A DNA stretch of 64,000 bases, taken from assembly GCA_946965045.2 (NCBI GenBank), contig OX337239.1:992001-1056000 (forward strand). The letters run 5' to 3'. Both the position numbers and the translations under genes were made by a program. The notes below the pieces were generated by a model. It did no database searches and had not been told where the DNA came from. It was given only the letters and a program-made list of their open reading frames with translations. Positions 33,151-45,555 of this stretch are shown here, one piece after another; positions within the stretch are counted from its first letter, which is position 1; every line of letters begins with the position of its first letter. The DNA is from Epithemia pelagica. Its lineage: Eukaryota > Protista > Bacillariophyta.

Positions 33151-34186
33151 TGTGCGTTGGAACGTTCGACAACGACAAGAAGATCAAAGCAAGAAATAAG
33201 GAGACAGTTTGATCTATGGACAATCCATGAGTTCGCTCGAACACTTTTTCAAGATGGATCTTGTGTATGGACGAAAACCTCACTCGTTTGTTTGGCTCGT
33301 CGCGGGTCTCACGTCAGCCATGTGGTTCGTGTTTGGGTCGCGCGACTCATGCGGTCTTCGGATACAGCTTGTCAGTCCATCCGTACAACGCCCGCCGGAT
33401 TCGCATTGGCGAAGGTTCCACAATTTTGCTTCGCCTGGCGTTTCTGGCACGCCGATCGGCCGGACATTCGGCTAAGCAACGGAAACTGTACGCCTGGCAA
33501 TCCAATGGCAGGCGCTCAATCCCAGCCCATCTCGGAATCCGCACGAGAGTTCCATTGCCCTCTCGGAGTCCGTTGCGGTTCACGATCGCCTAAAGAACGC
33601 TGGCTGGCAGTCTCCACCAACAAAAAGAGTGCGTGAGGAGGAGTGCTTGCGATTTGTTTGTGTATTGCCAATTGATGCAACAACAGGCAATTTGATCTCT
33701 CTCCCTCTCCAAGTGTATACAGAAGAGAGAGCAACCCATTGCGTTTGTGTGGGTGACTCGAATGAAGACTGGTCCTTGTCGATTGAAAAAGTAACTTGTG
33801 TTGCCTCAACAAGCAAACAACAATTCCAAACCAACCCATTGACTAAAACAATTTGCACAATTCCAGCTGGAGTAGATTCGGGGAGCACTGGTTTTCGATT
33901 GTCTCTACGGTTTTGTATTGCTGATTTTTGGCAAGGACGTTGAGTGTTTTTGGTGAAGACAACCTTCATTCTTTCGCAACATCAGGAAGGAGACGATTGT
34001 TGCATGTTGCGAGTCCATTGTGGAGTATACTTTATACTAGTCCATTGAAAGCACTATTGGAGCTGGATTGTGTGGTTGCTGGAAAATCCCTGCACAACCC
34101 GTGCCCAAAAATAGCTTGCTGTTTGTGTCACTGCAGTTCAAGTCCTGGAGTTGTGGTTTTTGTGGTGATTGTCGAAGCGCTGCAGC

Positions 34187-37100
34187 ATGGCGACTCCTTA
34201 CACAGCAGCTCCTACTGCTGCTGGACAATGGCAACAACCGGAATTACGATCGGTGACACCAGCTGCCAGTGGACGAGGAGGCGCCTCTCCTCCTCCTCAC
34301 ATGATTCACAATGCCGTTCTTATGCAGCAACAACAGCGTTTGCAATCGCATCCTCGTTATGCTTCCGCTCCCCGCATGGGTGGCCCCGAACCTTCGTATC
34401 CCATGCCGACGGCTACGGGCAGTAATTTGGGCGCCAGTGGCAGCAATGTCAATTTGGCCGTGACGCGCAATCGTAGTTTGACACCCAATCGATTGTATCA
34501 TCGGCCTACCGAAGATTTGCAACCGGTAGGTTCCGGTTTGGCCGCCGTTCCCAGCAACGGTGGAGGTGCCACTCCCACGGCAGGAGGTGTTTCCAGTTCT
34601 GGTTTGATTCGATTGACCTTGAAAAAACCCATGGGCATTGTTTTTGAACCCATGTACGATCCCAATCAACCTTCAGCGCAACGTGGTGTGCGAATTTGCG
34701 ATTTGCCTCGCACCGGTGCCGCTGCGCTCAGTCGGCAATTGCAAGTGGGCGATGAATTGTTGCAAATCAATGATAAGACGGTGAGTCGGCTCACCTTTGA
34801 TGAAATTATGGACTATATTATTGATGCCGACCCGGAAGCCGTTGGACTCTTGTTCCGACGACCGCGCAAAGAAACCTTGCAAGCTCGACAAGGCGTTCCG
34901 CAAAAATTAAAGGCCAATGCCAACAAGGACAATCCTAGTAAAATCAAATGGGTCATGGACAATGAAACCAACAAAAAGGATGAGGGTGACAATGACAAAA
35001 AGAAGGATTCTAAGCGTAAAAAGTCCAAACGCAGCAAAAAGTCACGATCGTCCAAAAAAGGATCGGTCAGTGAAGATGACGAAGATGAGGACGAAGAGGA
35101 AGACGATGTCGATGAGACGGCCGAAGAAGAAACCTTGCAAAGTTCGCACTACAATGACAACGAATCCGCCTCCCAACCTGTCCAAGCCTCGGCGAATTCT
35201 TCCTCGAGACCAAACCGGCGAAGCAACAAGCGACGATCCAAGAAACGCCGCAATGTGTCTAGCAATCGAAGTACCAAATCGCACCCTTACGAATCGGAAT
35301 CCTTTTTGGATTTGTTAATTGATACCATTTGTTCCAATTCCAACAATATTTGCCGCGATGGATTCAAACCTAATGACGATTACTTGTCAGATGAGGATGA
35401 CGAAGATGATGACGACTTTGACGAAGATTCGGTCGATGAAGAATCCACCTATGTGACTTATGAAGAATCCATGGATCCGAACGACACCAAAAATAAGAAA
35501 CACAACAAGACTACTGCCAGGAGTAACGACAAGCATTCGCACCACAAGAGTAGCAAAAAGAAACGAGATGGCCGCACGTCGTATGATGACGATGATGATG
35601 ACGAAGAAGAGGATCAACGGACGCAAGAGGATGAAGAAGAGGAAGAACCCGAAACACGAGAAGTGGCTCGGTCCAGCTCGAATGCCCGAAGAAGGGGAGG
35701 AGAAAAGGCGGAGCAACACTTGCAGCAACAGCAGCAACAACCACAACCACATCGTAAAGTAGGCAAAAAGTCGTTTGCATCGCAAGATGATGAAGACGAG
35801 GAGGAAGAAGAAGATGATCGACTCAAGAACCATCTTCCTCATCATTTGCAATCACACCATCATCATCACCATCATTTGCGTCACACATCACCAGCCCCCT
35901 CACAACAACAACAACAGCCACCATTGTCTCAACCACAGGTTCAACAACCTCCTGCAACCGCACAGCAGCAACAACAACCATCTAATGATCCACAGCCATC
36001 GGCACAACAGGCACCCTTGGGATTGTCGCCCATGGCCGAGGCTGCTGCGGCGGCACAGGGACATGTGGTCATGGAGCCACCTGCGACACAGGCTGCCGAT
36101 GCACCCGGTGAAGATGAAACCAATCCCAATGCACCGATTCGAGAAGTGGAATACGATGAACGATTCGATCATGGAGCCGATGTATCGGTCATGGAAAGTT
36201 TGGGTGGTCCCAGTTTATTGATTGAGAAACAACGCTTGGCGCAACAGCAGCAACAACAAGCACAAGCTATGGGCAAGGTTCCACCGGAGATATGGCAACA
36301 CTATGGTTTGGATTATCCGGCCGAGTTTGGACAGACACGAGAAGAAACCATTCAAGCCGATCCACTGAGTTTCTATTCCTTTGTGGTCAAGAGTTTGCTG
36401 GAACAGCACGAACCCGAAAAGGTTCGATTGTTAGACAAGTTGTTGGCAAAGTACAAGGGACGGGAAGATCATTTGGTACAAAAGCTCAGTGTACGATACA
36501 ATCGCAATAGCAACAACGACAACAATGGCGATGCAGTCAACAATAATAACTTTACGGAAGCTGTGCAAAAGAATAAGGCCAGTCCCACGGCGGCGGCGCA
36601 TGTCCATACAGCACACGAACGCATGGCAGAAGAAGCGGCGGATCACAACAACAACTTTGTGACATCCTGGCCCGAGAAGGAAGAAAAAGAAGACGATCCC
36701 TACCAAGCAGCAGGACCACACCGATATGCTGTGGAAGTCGATCCGGATGGACAACCGCAGGAAATGGGTGTCGAGGAAGAAGAAGAACACGGTGACGAAG
36801 AGGAAGAAGACGAGGAGGAGGAAGAAGAGGAATCCGAAGAGGAGGAAGAAGATTCGGTGGATGGTACTTCTCCGGCCGTTATTGCACAAGTGTCCGAGCT
36901 GCTCAATTACGTTTATGGCAAGACGTCGGTACCGGGTCAAATTGACCGCGTGTCCACCATTATGCGTGCGTACGAAGGACGAGAAGCCGTCTTGTTGGAA
37001 TTATTGGAAACCAAGGCATTGATCAAGGCCAACAAGGAAAAGGAGAATGCCAATGTCGAATTACCAGCCTTTTTACGGCAATCGCAATTGGTGCAACAAC

Positions 37101-37758
37101 AACAACATCCGGATGCACCCGGCAATACCAATCCTTCGGGAGCCAACCCTCCCAATGGTATGATTCACGATGATATTTCCAGCATGAGTGGAGTGTCCTC
37201 ACCGGCCAATGCGGCATCAGGCCTAGCGCATCATCACCAACAGCAGCAAGCACCGCATGATCCGTCGGCTGCCTTTGCCTCCAATCTGGTACGTTCGGAA
37301 CAGGAGCGTGGACGCCTTTCGCTCTCTGCATCTTTAGATTTCTCACATGCTTTGCTATTCTTTCTCTGCATTTATAGGAGGAGGACGATGGTTTCTTTAC
37401 AACCCCCAAGATGGCAGGATCCGGTCGCCATCCAAACAAGGAGTCTCCCATGTCAGCCTCCGAGAATAACAGCAGCAACAAGTTTGGATCCGCAAACGCT
37501 TCCTCACTAAACAAGAAGTCCTCGTCATCGTCGGGTGTACAAAACCTACCACCCGTTACTCCGACGCCCCCCGACAGCAACAAGAAAAAGAAAAAGGGAT
37601 TTTTGGGTGGACTGTTTTCGGGCAAAAAGAACAAGGGACGGCAACAACAGGGCCTTTCAGATCCACCTGCCTTGACACGATCGGGATCAAGACAGAAAGG
37701 CAAAAAGTCCTTGTCCAATTCCCATTCGGATGAACAACATCGAGATGGGTCCATTTAA
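34187..37758 (+). CDS. Large PDZ-domain scaffold protein with acidic/basic low-complexity regions; 2 exons (34187-37288, 37378-37758)
   Basis: PDZ: IRLTLKKPMGIVFEP...GVRICDLPRTGAAALSRQLQVGDELLQINDKTVSRLTFDEIMDYI. Intron 37289-37377 (GTACGT...TTATAG) joins in frame to the 37411 ORF. Confidence 0.8.
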
Positions 37759-37992
37759 CACACAACGAATTGTACAATGTACATTCAACGAACTTTATAC
37801 AAGCACACGTTATGCGCACATTATAGTATTCTTATAATTGTGACGATGGAGTGTGTTAGTACGGCGACGGTAAGAATAAAGACCTGGAGGAGTATAATCT
37901 ATAGTACTAGTATGTAACTCTCTGTTCCATCAAATACAACACGAAAGACACTTGTTATTGTGGTTCATTTAATTTCTAGACTTACATGCTTC

Positions 37993-39234
37993 TCATGGTT
38001 TGAATTGGAGGGTTGAATCCGTTCTCCCTTGTTTCCGCGCTTCGATATGCTCCTCGAAATTTGTCATGGAATGCAAACTCAGGGTGCTTGATGATGTGCT
38101 TTCCGAGCTGTTGCTGTCTTTGGTGGTCATGGCTTGTATCAATTGTGCCTTGATGCGTGCTTCTGTGGCTTGAATTTGCTGTGCTTTGTCTATTATGGAT
38201 TCCATGACATCCAAAAACTCAGTACCAGGCGTGGTTTCGTCATCGCTGTTGTCATCGCTGGAGGAAAACGCCAAGAGTCCGTCTTCGTCGCCCACCAAAA
38301 TGGTCCTTCCAGGAACAATAAGGGTATCATTCAGCCGTACGGGGACTTGTACATCTCCCAGTTCCTTTGTAGTTCCTGCGTAGGGGGTAATGGATTGGCA
38401 AAAACACCAGCAAGAGGAAAACGAAGAAGAACCTTTCGAATACGCTTGCTGTTGTTCTTGCTGATACTGACTTCGAATGGCCACGACATCTCGCATTGGA
38501 CCTTGTACGACCAGGCCGGCCAAACCTCGTCGTGTAGCTTCGGTAAAGAACAATTCTCCCGCCAAGGCACGATGCGTGGTGGAGGGAGTCGTCACGACCA
38601 AGACCTGACCCGACTGTGCCTTGTTCAATCCTTGCAAGACAGCCAAGAAATCATTGGCCACGCGACACGAAACGGTGGTGGCCACACCTGCCATGATACG
38701 GTTGCTGCCACTATTATTTTGCTCCTTGCTGTAAGTTGTAATGGGAATCATTCCAGAAATCAGCGATACGGTCACCGCGCTTGGGGCACTATCTGTGTTG
38801 CTGGTATCGGAAGGTGCCGAAGTTGTGTCTTGGGAGCGAAGGACACTGGAATGAGCCGATGCCGCATCGCACAAACTAGCGGTATCCAAGGTCCGCAAGC
38901 CCAAGACGAGTTGGTCCAACCGACCACTGTTTGGACCTTGTAGTGAATTCTTGTCCTCGGCCTGAAACCCTCTTGTTGTTGTAAAAAATCCTCGATGACG
39001 AAAATGACTAGTGTCCACCGAGATCAACGGAATCGAGTACGACGACGAGCAACGCAAGCGCACGGGCATGGACGAGCCAAGGACAGAGAATTGTCGGTTG
39101 GTATTGCAAGTTGTAGCTTGTGTAAGGTTTCGAGTGGTTCTTGTTCTTGTCGTCGGATGGACACACCACGAACGAAATGCCGATTGACATATCATTGCAG
39201 TCGGCCCCCACTGTCTGGTCCTTGCCCTTCTCAT
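37993..39234 (-). CDS. RraA-like / HMG-CHA aldolase family protein, probably mitochondrial
   Basis: LDTASLCDA, MAGVATTV, GQVLVV...ALAGELF, GLAGLVVQGPMRDV, VPVRLNDTLIVPG..LVGDEDG. Long R/T/S-rich N-terminus. Start is either 39234 or 39195. Confidence 0.8.
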   Translation of the reverse strand: MRRARTRQWGPTAMICQSAFRSWCVHPTTRTRTTRNLTQATTCNTNRQFSVLGSSMPVRLRCSSSYSIPLISVDTSHFRHRGFFTTTRGFQAEDKNSLQGPNSGRLDQLVLGLRTLDTASLCDAASAHSSVLRSQDTTSAPSDTSNTDSAPSAVTVSLISGMIPITTYSKEQNNSGSNRIMAGVATTVSCRVANDFLAVLQGLNKAQSGQVLVVTTPSTTHRALAGELFFTEATRRGLAGLVVQGPMRDVVAIRSQYQQEQQQAYSKGSSSFSSCWCFCQSITPYAGTTKELGDVQVPVRLNDTLIVPGRTILVGDEDGLLAFSSSDDNSDDETTPGTEFLDVMESIIDKAQQIQATEARIKAQLIQAMTTKDSNSSESTSSSTLSLHSMTNFEEHIEARKQGRTDSTLQFKP

Positions 39235-39283
39235 TGCAAACAAAGCCAGCGTTGTCCTAGGGCAAACCATCCTGAGAAACAGC

Positions 39284-39344
39284 GTCTCCTCTCGGACGAT
39301 CCATGTCTCCCCTCGGCGATCCATGTCTCCCCTCGGCGATCCAT
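39284..39344. repeat. 20-bp tandem repeat (~3 copies) in the divergent promoter
   Basis: CCATGTCTCCCCTCGGCGAT x2 exact plus a degenerate upstream copy (GTCTCCTCTCGGACGAT). Confidence 0.8.
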
Positions 39345-39723
39345 AGAGGAGGATAGAGCATAGAGGACCTCTCATTTCCTCGGTGAGTACTCGATGGAGC
39401 GGTAGCAATGATAGTTTTTTTGTCGAGCTGCTCCCCGCTCCCCCCCCCGTTTAGAACGGGGGGAGCCGCTCCGCCCACACAAACACACAGCGTAAATCGT
39501 AAAATGTAGACCCGGTAGCAGATGCCGATAACGCAGAAGAGTTGTAGTTGGTGTGTTGTCGTGTTGCATTCTCGTCCTGTATACGCCGATCAGAGTCGTC
39601 CTGTATACGCCGAGGAAGAGAAACTTCTGAAGGCTGCCAATATCGAACCGTTGAAGCTACGAGAGCGCACTTCTTTGTGAAGGCACACATTGACCCCAGA
39701 AGAATCAGTGCCATCCAACAAAC

Positions 39724-40671
39724 ATGTCATTGATTTGGAAATCGTGGTTCGAACCCGGCCAAGAGGCAATGCAAGAATGGGCCAAGGAAGTGGCCAGTGG
39801 TGATAGATCCGTACTTTTGCCATGGAACGAAGGACTTTCGTCCGTCATGATACCAGTGACAATTGCAAGTTTCGTCTTGACCACGACCCTGTACATTGTG
39901 GGTGTGACCATGCCCCACTTGTTTTTACAACCCTTGGGATTGGTCTCTTCCACAAAAGAAGACAGCAGTCTGAAACAACGTCGAAAAGCAGCCTTTGATG
40001 TGGCCAATTTCGTCGTCATTGTCTTTTTGACTGTATTAGGCCTGTTCTTGCAATGGACTCGCATTGGCCATCTGGTCCATCAAGACTACAATGACAATGA
40101 CGAAAACTCCATTTCTCATCGGAATCGCGCCATTGGTTTCGGGGACGATGAACATATGTTGTTATTACCGGCTGTCCAATTGGGATGGCAATTCTGGGCC
40201 TTGCCAGTGGGATTGTGGATTGTTGGCGAACCCTTGCCCATGATGGCTCACCACGTGTCGGTCATTTTGTGTGCCGCCATGACGGGATGTTGTACGGCCG
40301 GCTTTCGCTTTTACGCCCCCTACTTTTATGGCATTTTGGAACTGAGCAGTATTCCCCTGTGGATCATGAATTTGTTCAAACAACGACCAGCTTGGAAGGC
40401 TCGTTATCCCCAGACCTATGCCATTTCTCGAGGGGTTTTTGCTGTAAGCTTTTTGATCTTACGAGTGGTTTTATTCTTGACGCGATATTGGGATTTGGTG
40501 CGTCTCAAAGCTTGGCATATTGTTTACCATCCGTTTTGGCCATGGCAAATATTTTACTCTATTGTTTTGGCTGGTGGCGTGGCACTACTATTCTTGCAAC
40601 TCTATTGGTCCATGCTGATTGTCAAGGGACTTTTGGCCGCTTTACTGGGAAAGAAAAACAAAAAAGAATAA
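39724..40671 (+). CDS. TLC (TRAM/LAG1/CLN8) domain membrane protein
   Basis: MMAHHVSV, YFYGILELSSIPL, VFAVSFLILRV, LQLYWSMLIVKG; multiple TM segments; ends KKNKKE (KKxx-like ER retrieval signal). Confidence 0.85.
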   Translation: MSLIWKSWFEPGQEAMQEWAKEVASGDRSVLLPWNEGLSSVMIPVTIASFVLTTTLYIVGVTMPHLFLQPLGLVSSTKEDSSLKQRRKAAFDVANFVVIVFLTVLGLFLQWTRIGHLVHQDYNDNDENSISHRNRAIGFGDDEHMLLLPAVQLGWQFWALPVGLWIVGEPLPMMAHHVSVILCAAMTGCCTAGFRFYAPYFYGILELSSIPLWIMNLFKQRPAWKARYPQTYAISRGVFAVSFLILRVVLFLTRYWDLVRLKAWHIVYHPFWPWQIFYSIVLAGGVALLFLQLYWSMLIVKGLLAALLGKKNKKE

Positions 40672-41199
40672 TGTAGCTGGGTGGTTACCAATTGGTCATT
40701 TTCCATGAACCCAAGTAAAGACCACATGGCATTCATCCTGCTGATACAACAACAGGATATGTAATCTACACAACTGTCTGTCACTGACTACCGATAGAGG
40801 CAATGCGTACCAGACGACAAAACGATTTTCCCAAACCACAAGAGAAACCCAGGTTCGGTTACGATAGGCTAGCAAAGTGCTTCTTCCCATCACATAGCTT
40901 CTCCTAGTTGAGTCGCGCTGAAACGTGTGGCGTCGCCGGCGTGGGTGATCCAAAATGAATTTGCCGTAACAAACCATGGCGACCATTGGCAATTCTTCGC
41001 CATGGGCATCCCACTCTTTCCTCGTACGTCGATCTGAAATATGAACGATATCGACACCATGAACCAATATGAAGAGGTTGAAGACTTATCAAGCACACTG
41101 ACAAACCTACACAATGAGTACCAACAGAGTCGCTCCCATATCATCCAGTGGCGGATCGTCGGGAAGCAAAAGTCGGACCACTTCCAACGACTGATTCCG

Positions 41200-41792
41200 C
41201 ACAGCTCGAAACATTGGAGTATCGCCTTGGTCGTCTTCCATGTAGAGTACCTGTGGGCCCTTCTCCAGAAGAAATGCAACTACCTCTGGATTGCCTCTCT
41301 TCCAGCATGCCTGGTGCATTTGCTGGGGCCGTCATGTCGGCTTGTTTCCTGGCAGGTTTTCGGTTCTTCGCACCCTCCTTGGGTTGAGTGGTGGAATGGA
41401 GTTCCTGTATTCTCCAGGTGATTTTGGTCTTTAAGGATTTGCGTCCGTCCTTGAGGACGCAGTATCCTGGTACATATACGGCCATTCGTATGGTGTTTGC
41501 CGTGACCTTTTTGTGGTTTCGTGTCGTCACTTTTGTACCGCGATTTGTCCAGTGTGCTCCCGTGCTCTATCTTTTCATCCGGACCCACCCGATTGTTTGG
41601 TGTCGTATCTTTTACGGTCTTTGCCTGGCAAGTTTTTCTACGTTGATGGTCCTGCAACTCGTGTGGGCCCGAACGATTGTCAAGGGTATTCTGGATCATG
41701 CTGTGGTCGTGAGGAGGAACCGCAAGCACACAACACCAGAAGGACCACAAACAATAAGCATCGCACAGTTGAAAGAAAAGAAACTATCCTGA
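41200..41792 (+). pseudogene. Degenerate tandem TLC paralogue (5' boundary approximate)
   Basis: AGFRFFAPSLG*VVEWSS...YPGTYTAIRMVFAVTFLWFRV...LQLVWARTIVKG aligns to the 39724 gene. In-frame TGA at 41385-41387 sits opposite a Gly, and there is an apparent frameshift near 41325-41333. Confidence 0.65.
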
Positions 41793-42458
41793 ACCCTTGC
41801 AGAGATGTTTAGATCATGGGCGGATTTTTTCCATCCCAACATAGTCCTAAACTCGGTTAGACCTCTATAAGATTTCCTCAGAAAATGCCCACATAATTCC
41901 TCCTTCTAAGGAGCCATGACCATGGTCGTCAGTCGTTGCCTTCCATCCCTCTTGTATAGAGTAGGAATGGCAATAGATGTTTGCAATATCCCATCCACCA
42001 ATAGCTCTAGGCTATGGCTACGCGGCTCTTGGAATTCGGAACCAGACTCCCGAAAAAAGTGATGAGACAAGGCTCGCGCGCACTACCCAGAGGTTACCAG
42101 AGAGGATCTTCGACGATTCATAGAACGCTTGTATTGGTCGTGCATGATGGGAACAGATGGGAAAGTTCCTTTGTGGTTCCAGGTTCCCCCTGCGACCTGC
42201 GACCTGCGACACTCCTCCTCTCGCTACACCTACACAGACACAGAGAGTAAAAAGTAAAAGGTCTTTTCACCGTACGCACGAACACCACAGAACAAAACAT
42301 CCTTTGAAGAGAGAGATAAGCAATTATTGATCCGTCGGTCATATCCTTGACAAGCTGTTGATTTCACGTCTCGAGATACACAAGAAGACACAACACGAAG
42401 AATTGACAGAGGAAAAACAACAACAAACAATAAAAATTGGTGGAACCTAACAAGAATC

Positions 42459-44958
42459 ATGGCGTTGACTCCGGGGAAATCTTGCTCGTCACCCGTTTTG
42501 CGGTTCCTTGTGTTCTTCTTGGAAGTTTTGTCACTTGGATGCTTGTTCAGTGACGATGCTGTTGTCGTACAAGCATTCTCCACCATTGGACAGGGACAAA
42601 GTAAAGTGAAAGTTATTGTAAGTTGTGGATACCATTGACTGTGGATGGGCAATGAATGAACAGCGTGTGGTGTGTGCATGTTTGGACTGCGCTTCCGGCT
42701 GACCCATGATTGCAAATCCTAAATCGATTCTGACCCTTGGTGTATCTGCTCTTGTGTCCGTTCTGTCTTTTATCAATTCCTTTTATATGTAGCTTCCCCT
42801 ATCACTCAATATCAATGCCAGTTACGAACATCGCGAAGCCATGTTTGGTTCCCCTCCCTTTGGAGGTTCCATCACAGGACCTTTGTACTATGCCGATTCC
42901 GTCTTTTGCAGTAAGCCTGACATTAACAATAACTTATCGCCAAGGAATCGTGTCAAGTATTATCCCACTGACCCACGAGATCATCTTGCTGGAGAACCCT
43001 TTTTGCTCATGGTGAATCGGGGAGACTGTACTTTTGTTCAAAAGGTATGTGTGATGGTCCGTTTCGGATCACAAAAGTCCAGATGCGGACGAAGCAGGAA
43101 CGATCTCATCATACTTCCCTCTATAGGTGCGCAACGCCCAACACATGGGAGCAGCCGGTGTCTTGATTGCCGATAATCTATGTGTCTGTGGAGATCGCAA
43201 TTGTCCTTTCGATGGAATTGAGGATCCCTGTGAAGAGTAAGTTTCACGAACTTCAAACCATAAGTGTAGTGGGGAGAGATGCGTTATTGATGCTGTTTTC
43301 TCACTGTTGTTACTTTTTTGACGTGGTTGAATGTCTTTCATTTCCTCGTGTTCTGAACTTCTAATGAACCTACACTTGAACCGCATAGTCGTGAGCCGAC
43401 CATGGCGGACGATGGAAGCGGGAGTGATGTTCGAATTCCCAGTGTATTGATGTACAAACGCGATACCGATAAGTTCAAGGAGTTTTTTCTCGATGCCAGT
43501 CGACAAACAATGAATCAAACCATGCGGGTCGAACTATCGTTTCCTCCTCCTCCTGGAAGTCCTGCCAGTACTGCAACCGCCAGCAGCACGAGCTTGGTTC
43601 CCAATCCACGCGAACCACTAGGGCCCCCCATACCGCAACCGCCGGTGAAGATTATGATAGACTATTGGATGTCCCCCTCTGACAGGCGTGCTCTTTCGTT
43701 CCTGTTTCGGTTTCGACCCATTTTTGAGCGTATGGCTGATACCTGTGTTGACTTTGTCCCTCACATGTACCTCATAGATGGAGCCAAGGCCGGTTGTTTG
43801 GGCACCCAGAACAGTTTCAGTAACAATAACAATCGGGAAAAGGACACCGAAAAGGAAGAAAACGACACGGAAGCGGGCGAAAATGAAGAAGAAGATGAGC
43901 AATTGCCGTGTGAGAATCTTTGTACCAATCGTGGACGATATTGTGCACCAGATCCCGACAGTGATCTTAACACTGGGGTATCCGGAGCAGATGTCGTGAA
44001 AGAGTCCTTGCGTCAATTATGCATTTGGTCGCTTGACGACTCTTATGAAGATTCAGATGATCTTATCTTTGATTTTGATGAAGAAGTAAGATCAGCGGCA
44101 CCTCGAGGCCTCTTTTGGTGGAAATATCTTGATGCCTTTTACAACAAATGTACATCAAATGTACTTGAGAATTTGTTCAACGACGAGAAGTGTATCGACA
44201 GAGTGTACAAGAACGTAGGGATTAACAAGGATTCGGTTGAACGATGCATGATGAATGCTGGTGGTCTAACCAAGAGAGACTACAATAGCATGCTTGGGAA
44301 GGACTTGTCCGAACAGTACACATCCAACATCTATGTCGTCCCCACTTTGCACATTAACAAAGTTCAAGTTGACGTTTCGATGACGACAAACGAACTGTTC
44401 CGAACGATTTGTTCTCTCTGTGGATACCAAGCCATGCCAGATTTGTGCCGATCATGCGCCTATTGTCATGATGCTAGTGCATGCGTTGCTGTCGGTGGTC
44501 GGTGCCCGTCCCTCGTGGTCAATGGAAGCGTTATATCCTCCAGTTCCACGACAATGTCGGCTGCCACGCCCGTTTCATCCTCCTCTACGTCGTCCTCCAG
44601 TGGGGTCATTACGGTAGCTGCTGTGGACGCAGAGAAGAGTGACGGGGTCTCCCTGTTCACCTTTCTTTCTTCTGTCGTGATGGTGTCCACGCTGGCAATC
44701 ATGGTGGCATTCTGGCATTACAAACGAACACGAGATGAAGCACGAGCGCATGTCCGAGCAATTATGGCCGACTATATGCCCCTGAATGAAGATGGGACAC
44801 CAAGCGTCCCGAATGGGAGCGGCTTGTCGCTATCATCTTCCTTTGAATACCCACAAAACGGTGTTTCACAACCGCAAGGAGATGGAAGCCATGACCTCTC
44901 GCTGTCACCACGTTCCAGGGGAGACGATGGTGGACATGAGCGATTGCTTCATCCATAA
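42459..44958 (+). CDS. VSR: Vacuolar sorting receptor (VSR/BP-80 family, PA domain); 4 exons (42459-42617, 42793-43044, 43127-43236, 43389-44958)
   Basis: YEHREAMFGSPPFGGSI, MVNRGDCTFVQKVRNAQHMGAAGVLIADN, EPTMADDGSGSDVRIPSVL, CTNRGRYCAPDPD, VVKESLRQLCIW, TM helix, tail RAIMADYMPL (YxxPhi). All introns are GT-AG and phase-consistent. Confidence 0.9.
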
Positions 44959-45555
44959 GGCACTTCCTTATGACAGATTCTTGAGACCCACTTATATAAC
45001 TTGTCATATTAAAACAAAGCACTAATAGGAAATATCTCCAGCTGGTCTACCGTACATACCAGGAATCAAAAGAACTTTTGACTGGAGCTTCTGCGAAGTA
45101 AATACATACAATGGATATTTCCACTACGACACATGTTTACTACTTCCATAAATTGAACAGGTTTCTCCTTCTTTGTTTCTGGCCTCTTCCAGTCATGTCT
45201 ACTAGGGAACACGATTGTTTCGTAAATCAAATACATTATACATATGAATGTTGCCCCCAAATGTGACTTGACGACACGGAACATTTAGCTCGTTACCTAA
45301 TACTAGAAATAAAGGTAGATTGCTCTCTTTCATTTGCCTCTTTTGAATACAGAGATACAAAGGATGGCCAGGAGGCATTCCTGCTTCTTTTACGCATGAC
45401 CAACGTCCTGCATCATTAGACCTCGTCCTGTTTCTCCCGAATCATGTGTTGGTGGGCTATTTCCCGTGAACCGTAAGGTAGTTGCATGGAAGTAGCGTTG
45501 CATACGCACTCCCACTGTTGGGATCTAAGTGTACTCTTTCCAAAACATCTTGACG

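Noticed and set aside
32734-33636. 300-aa plus-strand ORF
   Set aside because: Antisense to DUF445 exon 1 and its promoter; composition is not protein-like.
38134-38943. 269-aa plus-strand ORF
   Set aside because: Antisense shadow of the RraA-like gene; no domain recognised.
39745-39760. TGGTTCGAACCC resembling a tRNA T-arm
   Set aside because: Lies inside the TLC coding sequence (W-F-E-P); no acceptor stem or D-arm around it.
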